DNA of 64,000 nt from Giardia intestinalis (GCA_000002435.2 CM018792.1), one strand, 5' to 3'. Counted from the stretch's first letter, positions 17,417 to 27,499 are shown. Notes: generated by a model not told the origin, from the letters alone. Made by a program: numbers and translations.

Positions 17417-19607
17417 GCATCATAGGCTCCACACAGAGGATGCCCTTAGATATGTACCCTAGCATATCCTTGATAACGGGCCTCTTTAAGAAGTCTGCAA
17501 GGACAGAGCCCGTCACATTATCTTTAGCGACAATCCACACAACAAACTCCCCCAGCTTGTCATAGTAGAGGCGAGCTTCGTCCATGTGGCCTGAATTAGC
17601 ATATAGAGAACCCATTCTAAACATGAGCTCACAGTATTTAAGGCAGCATTGATTTGTCACAGTAGTTTCTATACTGCGTAAGGACATGAATCTATCTATT
17701 TTAATTCCATTAGTTTCTATTCCGTCTGTAAATTGTTCTTCAAGCTGGGCCATTCTCTTGGAATATCGACCGTTAGCATCATAGTTGTTCAGCTGTCCGT
17801 TGTTGATGAACTCTAGGGTGTCCAGGAGGTGCTGCTCTGTGTCTGCGCAAGCGTCTGTGCACACATCCTGAGCAGCGGGAAACTCGACAAGAGAAAGAGG
17901 TGCGTCTCGGGATATTTCAGTCCACCTGCTACAATAGACACCCTTTAGAGCACTGAGTAAGCACGTGCACTCCGAATGCAGCTGATATAAAACGGTTCCG
18001 TCGTCCTCAGAGAACTGCACGCTTTCAGTTGTGCCTTGACTGGATTGAAACAGGCCCTTCGCCTGGGCATAGATTGAGACGGCTTCTGCAGCCTTCAACG
18101 CCACAGTGTACTGCTCAAACATGAAGAATCGGCGAATCAGAAAGGCGTGCACAGAGTAGACAAGCAAGTGCCCGAGGGGCATGCGACCAGATATGGCTAT
18201 CTGGGAGCATCCTAACAACCGAAGGGGATGGATAGTGGTCTCATTAGCAAGCTGATTTAATCGCTTAATTGCAGTAAGTCGTAAATCCTTCACCAGTTGC
18301 GCGAGCTGAATGCTATTGATGACTTCATGGCTTGCAGTTGCCTCGAGAGCCATTACACAGAGATCAATTGCAGTAGAGTGGGAGTCATCCAGCAGGGCAA
18401 CGAAGCTCGCCAGGAGGTCCACAGACTCTGCAGGAGCTAAGTGAGCAGAGATAAGCAGGACGAGGGACGATGCACGAATGACGTCACTACTGATAGGCCC
18501 CGATGTGTTAACTATTCGTTCGTTATTACACAGCTTGAGAGCAAATTGACCGTACCATCCCACAACGGAGCGGAGCTTGGTGATGCACTCTGCTCCACTA
18601 GATGACCGGACGTACATGCCAGGCGTGCCTCGGTTGGCAATAGAGTTCAAGACGGCTATCAAGCTAGCAAGGACGTGCAAGGCAAGGAGACATAGGTTAC
18701 TCAGGGCAATAAAGTCTGCAGGAGAAGCTGCACCGTCACGGATAGAGACACAACGGTTCGAGAGATGTGCAGCCAGACCAAGGAAGTCGCAGGAGGCTAT
18801 TAGACGCTCTTCTTCGGGCAAGTGTCTGAGCAGTTCGGCCAGCTGAGAGTCTGCCTTCTGATTGAGCTGTGGATCTTCACCTCCCTCACAAGCAGCCAAA
18901 ATGAAATTCATGAGTGAGGCCCGGGACTCGGCCCACAGAGCGCTCTCAGGACTCTTGGTCTTACGCATACTTAAGTAATAGGACGGGTTCCCACTTAGTA
19001 GCCCAAAAATTGCACGCTCGTTCATGGGTGTCCGGCTGTCATTGGAGTAAGCCTGTGCCTTCTTCATCCACTCAACAAAGGATAGGTTACCGGCGATCCC
19101 AACATATTTCCGCGACGAGGCTCCGGCAGCGTCGCCTACAAAAACGTGGGATACTATGGCTCCTGCTAACATAGTGGCTTGAAGGCCGTACCCATGCTTC
19201 TCTAGCAAATCTACTGCCTCCTCAGCCTGACCTGCGCGGAGGTACTCAAGAACGTTGTCGTAGATCCCTGCGGTAGGTTCAATGGTAGGAACATATGTTT
19301 GTTCGAGCCACGTGACTATATTTTTGATCAAGCGGGCAGACTTGGAGCGAGTAAGAAAACTGCTTACAAGGGCATGCTGGTCCACTTTCGGAGCAGACCA
19401 ACCAGACCGAGCTCTTATGTCTCCTGTTATGATTTCGCTGGAAGTTGCTGAGGCAGATGACACCACATTCGGATGCTGGCTCGGATACAATAGCACATCC
19501 TCAAAGACAGCATCGACTAGCTGTGTCAGTTGAGGGTCACACTCACGGAGAGCGTCACCGGCATTGCAGTTCCGCCGCAATCGGTGGAGAAAAGCCCCAT
19601 TAAACAT
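17403..19607 (-). CDS. hypothetical protein, 734 aa, alpha-solenoid-like
   Basis: Long ORF with ATG at 19607. Helical repeat-like composition. No catalytic motif recognised. Confidence 0.55.
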   Translation of the reverse strand: MFNGAFLHRLRRNCNAGDALRECDPQLTQLVDAVFEDVLLYPSQHPNVVSSASATSSEIITGDIRARSGWSAPKVDQHALVSSFLTRSKSARLIKNIVTWLEQTYVPTIEPTAGIYDNVLEYLRAGQAEEAVDLLEKHGYGLQATMLAGAIVSHVFVGDAAGASSRKYVGIAGNLSFVEWMKKAQAYSNDSRTPMNERAIFGLLSGNPSYYLSMRKTKSPESALWAESRASLMNFILAACEGGEDPQLNQKADSQLAELLRHLPEEERLIASCDFLGLAAHLSNRCVSIRDGAASPADFIALSNLCLLALHVLASLIAVLNSIANRGTPGMYVRSSSGAECITKLRSVVGWYGQFALKLCNNERIVNTSGPISSDVIRASSLVLLISAHLAPAESVDLLASFVALLDDSHSTAIDLCVMALEATASHEVINSIQLAQLVKDLRLTAIKRLNQLANETTIHPLRLLGCSQIAISGRMPLGHLLVYSVHAFLIRRFFMFEQYTVALKAAEAVSIYAQAKGLFQSSQGTTESVQFSEDDGTVLYQLHSECTCLLSALKGVYCSRWTEISRDAPLSLVEFPAAQDVCTDACADTEQHLLDTLEFINNGQLNNYDANGRYSKRMAQLEEQFTDGIETNGIKIDRFMSLRSIETTVTNQCCLKYCELMFRMGSLYANSGHMDEARLYYDKLGEFVVWIVAKDNVTGSVLADFLKRPVIKDMLGYISKGILCVEPMMLKEE

Positions 19608-19683
19608 CTTATATTAAGCGATAAATTTGCCGGATCCGTCAAAGAAATTATAAAATTCAAAATTCAACGAAAAATAGTTCAAA
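19608..19683. promoter_or_regulatory. 76-bp A/T-rich divergent spacer (putative bidirectional promoter)
   Basis: cttatattaagcgataaatttgccggatccgtcaaagaaattataaaattcaaaattcaacgaaaaatagttcaaa. Lies between minus ATG 19607 and plus ATG 19684. Confidence 0.4.
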
Positions 19684-21678
19684 ATGTCTTCCTTCTTCTG
19701 GACCATGTTTTACTCCCCAGACCAAGGTAATGAGTTTGAAGAGTACATACAAAACGATAATCTGGAGGCTATTCTTCTCCATGAAAAGCTGCAGAACGAG
19801 CTTCAGCAAACTTCGAATGCCCTTCATGCGTATCTCTCAAAAATTGATACCATTTCCAAGCTCATTGCGTATGCCTACGACCCGGATGAGAGCAAGAAAA
19901 ACCTCTCTTCTGCTGCTAACGACGTCTTCGTTGCCGATATCTCCATACTCCTGGACGCCATCACGTCTAATGTTTCGCTAATGAATAGTCTCTTTATGGC
20001 TCTCAGACCGTACAATGTAGAGCTTGGTCGCTACCTCACCACGGAGGAGCTGGAGGCTACAATGGTAGAGGAGGTCCCAGCTGGGAGCAACAACGGCGTA
20101 GGAACCGGGCAGAAGGGGCTTCCGGCGAAATATCTGCAACGGCGCATACCCCTGCATGTTGCTGAAAACTTCTGCCGCTTGATAATCATGCTCGTCCGCT
20201 CCCCTGTTCGGTTAAAGAAGTTGCAGCAGCACATTCTTTCGAACACATACATTCTCACCCTGTTCTGTCAGGTAATCTGCTCTGCGCCCTCTACAGAGGC
20301 CATTCATTACTTGATAGTCGGAAAGGACAGAGCCAGCGAGTCTGTACACCTTCAGACGGAAATAGTGCTTCAGAGCGGCATAATTCAGTCCATGTTTATG
20401 CTGTTCCTTTCCAATGCCCCCTTCGACTCTCTCATGCACGCATCATTCATTATTTGCTCCCTGTTGGCTAACGGCTGCACAAGCCCCGTGAGAAATCTTA
20501 TTCTGGAGAATCTTCCAGAGCTCGTCAAGAATACGCTCAATCCGCGATCTCATCCTGGCACTGTGCGCACTCTTCTCCAGATCACCGTCTCGGGCTTTCG
20601 TGAGGCGATACGCTTTGGCATACTTTCAGAGAAAGAGGAAGAGAGCCGCTATTACGCCAACGTAGTTGACAATCTGATCAAGGCCTGCATCCCCGGCTTC
20701 ACGGAAATTCTCTCACTTCAGCCCTCTATCTCAAAGCCTCCCCCGGGCTCTCCTCCTCACATGCTATTCCAGGTGCCCCTTGTTACCCAAGAGGCGACCA
20801 ACGCAGGGATGGCGATTCTCTTGAAGCAACACGTTATTAGCGCGCTTGCTGAACTTCTGCGTCTCAGCGAGATCAACAAAGAGTCCATCAAGGAGAAGGA
20901 GGAGCGCACGCTCCAGACCACGTTTAGGCCTGATGTGGCGGTTGAGTTCATTGAGGAGTACTACAAAGCAAAGGCTCGTGGGGATGGCAGCGCTAAGCCC
21001 TTACTCCCCTTCACAATAGGCCTTTCATACATCTTTCAGGATGTCTATACGCATCTGACAGCGACGTGCAAGTACAATTTTACCTCGAATGTCGCCCAGG
21101 TTTGCATGGAGGCCAACAAAGCCATATCTGGTGGCAACGCAGCGATGAAGAAGACTATAGGTATTCAACACACACTGGGACCGGATGGAGAGATTATCTA
21201 TGGGTCGAGTGCGTACCTGACTCTTCTGCTCTTAGAGAGCGGGATCCCGTCTATGGCGATGAGGGAGATGCTAGCGTCTCCCGAGCAGGCCGTTGTCCAC
21301 CACCCTTGCAGTGTTGTGGCCACTCAGGTCCTTGAGTTCCTCGACTTCGCCCCGAAGATCTCGCTCTACCTCTTTGACGCCAAGTTCTTCAGCGATTGCA
21401 AGCAGGCGCTGGTAAATGAGGACTCAATGCCAGATGCGAGTCAGGAGAGGATAACTGCTGCATGTCAAGCAAGGCTTATGAAGCAGACCCGACGAACATC
21501 ACTCGATGCACACGTGGCTGCCATTTTGAGCCAACTGGGGCGTGCAGCCTACGGGTTTAAGGTCGTGGACACAACAATTCCTCCATTCCAAGAGCTCAAG
21601 TCTATCGTGGATAGTAATGCAGATGCCAAGTTCCTAGCGTCTATTCTCGAAGTTAAGGAGTTCTTGAATTTCCATTAA
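19684..21678 (+). CDS. SAPS-domain protein (SIT4/PP6 phosphatase regulatory subunit-like)
   Basis: N-terminus FFWTMFYSP...NLEAILLHEKLQNELQQ...LIAYAY.DPDESKKNLSSAANDVFVADISILLDAI...LMNSLFMAL follows the SAPS N-terminal pattern (MFWKF...sL.ELLDEEDVLQECK...kLlDFL....ee.lrYkYPnvACEILTsDV.qI.dal...LLnrLfgFL). The remainder is ARM/HEAT-like. Confidence 0.55.
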   Translation: MSSFFWTMFYSPDQGNEFEEYIQNDNLEAILLHEKLQNELQQTSNALHAYLSKIDTISKLIAYAYDPDESKKNLSSAANDVFVADISILLDAITSNVSLMNSLFMALRPYNVELGRYLTTEELEATMVEEVPAGSNNGVGTGQKGLPAKYLQRRIPLHVAENFCRLIIMLVRSPVRLKKLQQHILSNTYILTLFCQVICSAPSTEAIHYLIVGKDRASESVHLQTEIVLQSGIIQSMFMLFLSNAPFDSLMHASFIICSLLANGCTSPVRNLILENLPELVKNTLNPRSHPGTVRTLLQITVSGFREAIRFGILSEKEEESRYYANVVDNLIKACIPGFTEILSLQPSISKPPPGSPPHMLFQVPLVTQEATNAGMAILLKQHVISALAELLRLSEINKESIKEKEERTLQTTFRPDVAVEFIEEYYKAKARGDGSAKPLLPFTIGLSYIFQDVYTHLTATCKYNFTSNVAQVCMEANKAISGGNAAMKKTIGIQHTLGPDGEIIYGSSAYLTLLLLESGIPSMAMREMLASPEQAVVHHPCSVVATQVLEFLDFAPKISLYLFDAKFFSDCKQALVNEDSMPDASQERITAACQARLMKQTRRTSLDAHVAAILSQLGRAAYGFKVVDTTIPPFQELKSIVDSNADAKFLASILEVKEFLNFH

Positions 21679-22406
21679 ACCCTTTCGGCCTCAGTGTCAC
21701 GTGGCGGCTTAGTAAATTACAGATGTACCGAGCTTCTGTTAGAGGCTGGGCTCTTCTTGTTTGTACGGAGTGCTGAGAGGTGGGAGGCTGGTCTAGTGGT
21801 CAGACAAGTCTAGCCAGCAAGTAGAGGTCTTTCCCAGACAATTTCTTGACTGGTTTGACGCCTCTATCCAGACTTCTATCTAAGCTTGCGTTGATGGATG
21901 GGCATCTATCATCGGACCCAAAGGTGTTTGGTTGTATTCCTTCCATGTCAAGCCTATGATTTACAAATCCCAGCCAATCTAGGTAGAAGAGTTCGTGCTT
22001 TCTGTGATACGAGCCTGACTCTATGTTGTAGTTTTGACGGAGTGCATACCGCGTCCGCACATCGCGGCTCACCATCTCAATGCAACTCTAGGGCATACAA
22101 TAGTAGCATATGCGTGTGTTTGCTTTGAGACAAAAATCATGATCTATTGATAGAAGTGTAGCGAGGTGTCCAGCCGGGTAGACGTTTGTCATCAGACACT
22201 GGTTGTCCTGTCCCTTGCCGTTCAACTGCAACGCACAGGGTCTACATGCCACAATTGCCTCATATAGTCAAGGACGCAAAGCTTGCGGCTAGCAATGAGC
22301 GAATGCGTAACATCTGAATAACGTATTATTCTAGGAGCCTTGATGGTTAGAAGCTATGCACTGCTTCAAGATAACACTCCGCCTCCGACGTTGCATACTC
22401 TGATGA

Positions 22407-23021
22407 CTAGGACAAACTTCGGAGCAGCTCGAGCTTGCTCCTCCAAAAGTCACGCTCCCGGGGAGCCGTGAAGACAATGTGTGCCACGCTCTCACCGGCC
22501 CTGAGAGTGAGCTCAGTTTCCTCTGTGCACGAAATGGCCAATATGTCACGCAGAGGTATCGCCCCCTTGAGGGATGTCCGCTCACAATCAACCCATAGTA
22601 GGATATGACCCTCGTCCATGTCTTCATGTACCCAGAAGTGTCGAGGGGCGAGCGTGGAGCCGCTCCCGCGAAAGTATGCGTCAAATCCCAAGCGGACAAG
22701 GATCTGGAATCGCTCCAATGGCTCCACGTTCTCAATAGCTTCCGATGCAGCTTGTGTATGTGTGGTAGCATCCGGAAGTTCTATCTCCGGTGGAACATGC
22801 TCGACTGACTCTGTAGTGCAGGGACCTGGTATCTGGACTTTCATTATCGGCCTCAGGTAGCCATCAAATGTGACCCTCCGTTGAGATCGCGTTTGCTTTG
22901 CACTTCTATGAACGGACCCAGATAGCTTACTTGGCCCCAGGCCCTCGGTTTCCTGGCCGAGGCTAGATGGGAGCTCACAATACCCGCTACTGCTCATAGA
23001 GTCACTCACCGGGTCCCGCAT
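22407..23021 (-). CDS. hypothetical protein with C-terminal PH-like domain
   Basis: C-terminal 110 aa (RHFWVHEDMDEGHILLWVD...KGAIPLRDILAI...LTLRAGESVAHIVFTAPRERDFWRSKLELL) has the PH-domain pattern, including the terminal Trp-containing helix. Confidence 0.45.
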   Translation of the reverse strand: MRDPVSDSMSSSGYCELPSSLGQETEGLGPSKLSGSVHRSAKQTRSQRRVTFDGYLRPIMKVQIPGPCTTESVEHVPPEIELPDATTHTQAASEAIENVEPLERFQILVRLGFDAYFRGSGSTLAPRHFWVHEDMDEGHILLWVDCERTSLKGAIPLRDILAISCTEETELTLRAGESVAHIVFTAPRERDFWRSKLELLRSLS

Positions 23022-23379
23022 TCAATCTTTCACGTCAAGAATCCTTTTTTGGTTCACAAAGTTACTCTCGGTGTCACCAAGATACGCCTATCAACTATTA
23101 CTCGCGTAAATCAGGTAGAATGAGGAGGTAGCCAGTGCTTCCCTAAGGTCCTTCGTAGTGAATGTGGGTCAAGAGATCTCCACGACAACCCTTCCCTACA
23201 ATCCTGATGCGTAGCACCCCTCCACCTGCAGTATATGTGAACCAGAAGGGCGCAGTGGCCAATCTGACCTTTTCGCTGAGGCAATCTGGACAGACGCTTA
23301 TTGAAAGTAACCAGCCTTCAGACGCAGGACACAAGGCAAGTGTTTGCTTCCTTATACATTCACTTAGCATACTGAAGCA

Positions 23380-23802
23380 CTAGAGATCACTGAGCTCATC
23401 AAAGTTGATGTCCACGTTATCTGTACCTCGTGCCATTCGCTCCTCAAGCAGCCGCCTCCGCCGGGCCTCTTTGGCAGGATCTCGTGTATCGCGTATCGCA
23501 TCTGCTTCGTCGTAGCCGTCCATCAGCTCAACCTTAACCGTCATCTTCGCCTCGGAATCCCCTGTGTCCGCTTCTAGGTACCACTGGTTGTCGCAGCGAG
23601 GACAGAAGCCGTCGGCCTGAGGATCAAATTTCGTCACATCTATGCGAAAGACCTTCTTACACTTTTTGCAGACCAGGATGAGCTCGATGTCCTTCTCTAT
23701 CTCATGGTCCGACTGCTCCCGGTGGCACTCTGCACAATCAAACCATCGCTTACAGCACTTGGCCAGAATCTGTGTCTGGACGTTCTTCACGTGCTTGCAC
23801 AT
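23380..23802 (-). CDS. CHY-type zinc-finger protein (zf-CHY, Hot13/RCHY1-like small protein)
   Basis: MCKHVKNVQTQILAKCCKRWFDCAECHREQSDHEIEKD....VCKKCKKVF.....DGFCPRCDN reproduces the CHY zinc-finger Cys/His ligand spacing (C.H......CC....C..CH....H......C..C........C..C). Confidence 0.7.
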   Translation of the reverse strand: MCKHVKNVQTQILAKCCKRWFDCAECHREQSDHEIEKDIELILVCKKCKKVFRIDVTKFDPQADGFCPRCDNQWYLEADTGDSEAKMTVKVELMDGYDEADAIRDTRDPAKEARRRRLLEERMARGTDNVDINFDELSDL

Positions 23803-23907
23803 CTATTCAACTTCGGATTTCCTACCGAAAGCCCGATAGTTCATTGCAAAACACCATTGTAAAAGATATTTTACGTGAAAATTGCAGACATAAGCAAAGG
23901 TACTCCA

Positions 23908-24162
23908 ATGCAGACAGACAACGTCCAGGTCCTCGGAGGCGAGCAGATGCAGGACATAGAGGCAGATGACATTCGAATGAAGGTAGCACCAGTGAACGAG
24001 GCACGCCAAGCGCAGCTACCCAACATCCAGATGGCATCTGAGCAGTTGCAGACGTCGATTGGCAAGGTATCAATAGCATATCTTTCTAAGTTTGTGGTCC
24101 CCTACGCAGACGCATATGAAAAGATGCAACCGTGGACGTCCAAAGACATCGCTCTTATGTGA
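23908..24162 (+). CDS. small hypothetical protein, 84 aa
   Basis: First ATG of the track ORF (which starts at a GTG at 23875). ATG preceded by A/T-rich aaaagatattttacgtgaaaattgcagacataagcaaagg. No domain recognised. Confidence 0.3.
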   Translation: MQTDNVQVLGGEQMQDIEADDIRMKVAPVNEARQAQLPNIQMASEQLQTSIGKVSIAYLSKFVVPYADAYEKMQPWTSKDIALM

Positions 24163-24226
24163 ATTTTTGTCTATAAGTTTGTTACCGGCGCAGGTAAGCA
24201 ACCAGCGAGAGCTGAGAATAATTAAA

Positions 24227-25336
24227 ATGGAGACGCTATCATTGGGAATGCACTGGTCACACACCAGCTATGCAGATGATTGCTTTCTGGGCACCATTGA
24301 TGAATCTCTGTTAAGTCCTAAACCTGCACTACATCAACCACTGTATGCGCTGCAGGGACAAGAGGATAGTGATCAGCTTCTGGGTGTCCGCAACTCAAGC
24401 GCTTCCCACAGAATAGCAGATGGGCCGATTGCACAAACTCACAAAAAAATGTCACAGCATCGGCTGCTGCTCTTCCTCCGCTTTCTGGATAGCTTTGTAA
24501 GCGACTTTGTTAGCCAGGCAAATAAGATCGCAGACTATCACAACAACTTGATCTTTCGCAGAATTCGAAAGGACCTCTTTCTATCCCTTAGAGAACACTT
24601 TAACTATCGAATGGCCCCCAACCCATATTCTAGTGACATTGTGTTCACCGCCTTTTTCCTTTTTAACGTGCTCGTGCAGTCAGTTCAAAAGCAAAATTGG
24701 AACCCCATTACGCTTCCAGACCACCTTACCGAGATTTTTAGCCAGCGAGACTCAATGAAAAGACTCATTGTGCTGTGTGTGAAACAGTATCATGAGGTCG
24801 GCCGAACACCCAAAAGTAAGCAGCTGGGTGTGCCCCCGAATCGCTATTACCGTTGTCTGCAACCCTTCTTTAAGAATGATACCTTTATCGTTTCACTTGT
24901 TCATACAATTCAAGATCGCATAACCATGGCCATTCAGACTGTTACACGATACATTGAGCAACGTAAGGCACAGTTCAGCGAGCAGAAACGTGCTACTAGT
25001 CGGCGTGTAGTCAGGAAGGTTTCCAAAGAAAATACTAGAACATCTAGAGACATGTCCAACACAGCAAAGGCTGGAGAGACTGATGCGCCCCCTAGTGTGT
25101 CCAAAAATGTGCGTAGTACTGATGTTCATTCCACAAGTGTTGGCGAGTTTACTCCCTCGGGAACCCAGGAGCTTTCAGAAACCTCCACAAGAATCGAAGA
25201 AGGTTCGTATCCGTTCAACGCATCTCAGGACCAAGTGGATCAGTGGCTAACTGACTATCTTCAGCACACAAATAGCGGGTTCTACGTTGGAGAAGACTTC
25301 AATCTGGATGACCCCTGCTTCCTGCCTATCAATTAA
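24227..25336 (+). CDS. hypothetical protein, 369 aa
   Basis: Track ORF starts at TTG 24092 and overlaps the preceding small ORF. ATG 24227 (METLSLGMHW...) directly follows GAGAATAATTAAA. No domain recognised. Confidence 0.5.
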   Translation: METLSLGMHWSHTSYADDCFLGTIDESLLSPKPALHQPLYALQGQEDSDQLLGVRNSSASHRIADGPIAQTHKKMSQHRLLLFLRFLDSFVSDFVSQANKIADYHNNLIFRRIRKDLFLSLREHFNYRMAPNPYSSDIVFTAFFLFNVLVQSVQKQNWNPITLPDHLTEIFSQRDSMKRLIVLCVKQYHEVGRTPKSKQLGVPPNRYYRCLQPFFKNDTFIVSLVHTIQDRITMAIQTVTRYIEQRKAQFSEQKRATSRRVVRKVSKENTRTSRDMSNTAKAGETDAPPSVSKNVRSTDVHSTSVGEFTPSGTQELSETSTRIEEGSYPFNASQDQVDQWLTDYLQHTNSGFYVGEDFNLDDPCFLPIN

Positions 25337-25345
25337 AATTCTTTG

Positions 25346-27499
25346 ATGAATCCCGAGATCTTGGAGGTCTTGGGAGGCTCAAAGGGGAAGCGTTCGTCAC
25401 TTCCAGGGCTTCGTCGCGGCAAGGCGGTTGGTGCAGCGACATCCGTTCCCGTGTGGCCCATCGTTTTTGTCTCTCCTCAATTTATTGATCAGGCGCCGTC
25501 CACTATTTGCCGACTCAACTTTTACGCAAAAAAGGACCTACCGCAGCGATATGATCACATTGTCGAACTGAGAGGCGCGCCTATTGCATCTGGAACGTAC
25601 GACGTGCCGGAGACCTCTCCCTATCTTGAAGACTTCTCCAGCGCAACCCGGATAGATGTAGCTGAATATTTATCACTAGGATCTGTATGCCCCTTAGATG
25701 AGGTTACAGTAACTGGTCTTGGCGGTTGCTCAGGGATGCGGAACAGGCTAATTGCGCGTCTCCACCAACTACTAAATGGGGCGATTATCACTCCGCGGAC
25801 AAGGCTTATCATTCGTATTGCTGGACACACCTACCACATTGCGTTTACTTTTCCGCCTGGTGTAGATGTCGAGGACGTCTGCCTCTATGCTATCACCTCA
25901 ACCACAACTCTATTCACAGATGCACTCTCTATACAACGGCACACAATAGGTCCACAGGGGGCTGAGTCAGACGCTGCTACTTCATATTTCCGTACAGCAC
26001 CACCAAAGGTTCACGAGGTGTTTTCTTTGATCAGAGCTCGCCTCAGTAATCCTCGCTCATTAGGAATCGTCAGTGCCTTGCTCTATGGCCTCCCTGGGAA
26101 TGGCAAATCCATGTTTGCAAATGCAGCTGTTTCTCGGCTGAACCATCTAGCCATTCGCACAAACCTCGTTACTCTCGATTTGGCCACGGCCGTTGAGTAC
26201 CTAGATACGCACGTGCTTTCCTCGCAATTAGATCGGCCTTCGTACCCGGCAGTACTTCTATTCATTGATGAAATTGATAGCGAACAAGCAGAGCATGCTT
26301 TTACAAACTTCCACACACGAATAAAGCTTCTTCGGGAAGGTCCTTACCGCATTTTTATCCTCGCTGCAACCAATAGGTTGGCAAGCCTCCCGTTGAGTGT
26401 CGTTACATGTTCATTTTCTCTATCTGTTGAGTTTCGCGCACCTGAGTATGCACAGCGGTTGGAACTTCTCAGAAGCAATTATTTGTCTATTGCAGATATG
26501 CTACACAAGCAATGGGCGTTGGAAACGGTTGAGGATAATGCGGATCCACCTCCTTGCTTAGACACGGGACCTACGTCCATCGAAGTTCTGGCTGAGCGGT
26601 TCGAAGGCCTCTCCTACGCCGACATAGCCTTTATTTTTGTCCAACTGCGTCACCACATTTTATCCGATAAGGCTACCAATCTTAGCGTGAGTGAGATCCA
26701 GGATAAACTAATTCAACTCGCTGGTGCCGCAAGGCCGTCGTCCCTCCTTTCCTTTGACATTGTACAGATTCACGAAGCACAGATTGGTGGGCTTGACGAC
26801 GAACTGGATGCTATCAGAAAGATGATGTCTTCCCCCTTCACAAACTCCTTACTGATCTATGGTGAACCTGGCTGCGGAAAGTCTCAGATCGGTAGATACC
26901 TTTCCTCCGTTCTCCACTATCCGCTGCTCTCGATTGCTAGCACACAGTTAATCGGCAGCTATGTAGGAGAGACAGAGAAGGCAATCGAGCGTGTTTTTCG
27001 AATAGCACGGGCTTCTCAACCCGTGATCATCTTCTGGGATGAGATAGATGCCGTCTTTCCGACGAACTCTTTTTATAAGTACATGGATCGCGCAATCACC
27101 ACCTTCTCCAGTTGCATTGATGATATCGTAGGAACTAAGGTCTTTTTAATTGCGGCTACTAATAAGCCCGCATCTATCCACAGTGACGCTCTTTCTCGAT
27201 TCTCCCACAAGTTCGAGATTACACGGCCAGCTACACGCGATCAGGCGCTTTCAATCTTTACTGCCTGCTTGGGAGGACTGCCACTGACGTCTGAACTGAG
27301 AGAAACCCTACCTCTATATGCGGAAAAGATGATAGGCTTTACAGGAGCCGAGATAGCTGCGGTCGTCAATCTAGCATCCCTTAATGCTATTGCTCGTTGT
27401 GTAGATGCGCAGCAGCGCCACTTTGATGACCCTGCGGAGGCAGAGACACTATCAGCGGCGGACTTCCTGGCAGCGTTAAACATAAAGGCCGTTCACTGA
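25346..27499 (+). CDS. type-II AAA+ ATPase with two AAA domains (NVL/AFG2/Pex1-6-like; subfamily unresolved)
   Basis: Two Walker A motifs (LYGLPGNGKS and IYGEPGCGKS). Two Walker B motifs (LLFIDEID and IIFWDEIDAV). Typical C-terminal AAA helices (TGAEIAAVVNLASLNAIAR). Start is ATG 25346, only 9 nt after the upstream stop. Confidence 0.75.
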   Translation: MNPEILEVLGGSKGKRSSLPGLRRGKAVGAATSVPVWPIVFVSPQFIDQAPSTICRLNFYAKKDLPQRYDHIVELRGAPIASGTYDVPETSPYLEDFSSATRIDVAEYLSLGSVCPLDEVTVTGLGGCSGMRNRLIARLHQLLNGAIITPRTRLIIRIAGHTYHIAFTFPPGVDVEDVCLYAITSTTTLFTDALSIQRHTIGPQGAESDAATSYFRTAPPKVHEVFSLIRARLSNPRSLGIVSALLYGLPGNGKSMFANAAVSRLNHLAIRTNLVTLDLATAVEYLDTHVLSSQLDRPSYPAVLLFIDEIDSEQAEHAFTNFHTRIKLLREGPYRIFILAATNRLASLPLSVVTCSFSLSVEFRAPEYAQRLELLRSNYLSIADMLHKQWALETVEDNADPPPCLDTGPTSIEVLAERFEGLSYADIAFIFVQLRHHILSDKATNLSVSEIQDKLIQLAGAARPSSLLSFDIVQIHEAQIGGLDDELDAIRKMMSSPFTNSLLIYGEPGCGKSQIGRYLSSVLHYPLLSIASTQLIGSYVGETEKAIERVFRIARASQPVIIFWDEIDAVFPTNSFYKYMDRAITTFSSCIDDIVGTKVFLIAATNKPASIHSDALSRFSHKFEITRPATRDQALSIFTACLGGLPLTSELRETLPLYAEKMIGFTGAEIAAVVNLASLNAIARCVDAQQRHFDDPAEAETLSAADFLAALNIKAVH
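27491..27497 (-). promoter_or_regulatory. AGTGAAC polyA-type motif (AGTRAAY) 16-22 nt after the dynein stop, overlapping the stop codon of the convergent AAA gene
   Basis: Plus strand gttcacTGA. Minus strand AGTGAAC. Confidence 0.3.

Noticed and set aside
21780-21860. tRNA-like D-arm string GGTCTAGTGGTCAGAC (GTCT / AGTGGTC loop / AGAC) in the long spacer
   Set aside because: No matching anticodon stem, T-arm (GTTCGA-type) or 7-bp acceptor stem could be built around it. It is kept only as a hint in the spacer finding.
22400-22406. C-box-like CTGATGA suggesting a box C/D snoRNA
   Set aside because: It is immediately adjacent to the stop of the PH-like gene. There is no D box (CTGA) at an appropriate distance and no terminal stem.
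22331-22771. 146-aa minus-strand ORF
   Set aside because: It overlaps the PH-like gene in another frame on the same strand. Its translation is Arg/Ser-rich with no domain. The PH-like frame is preferred.
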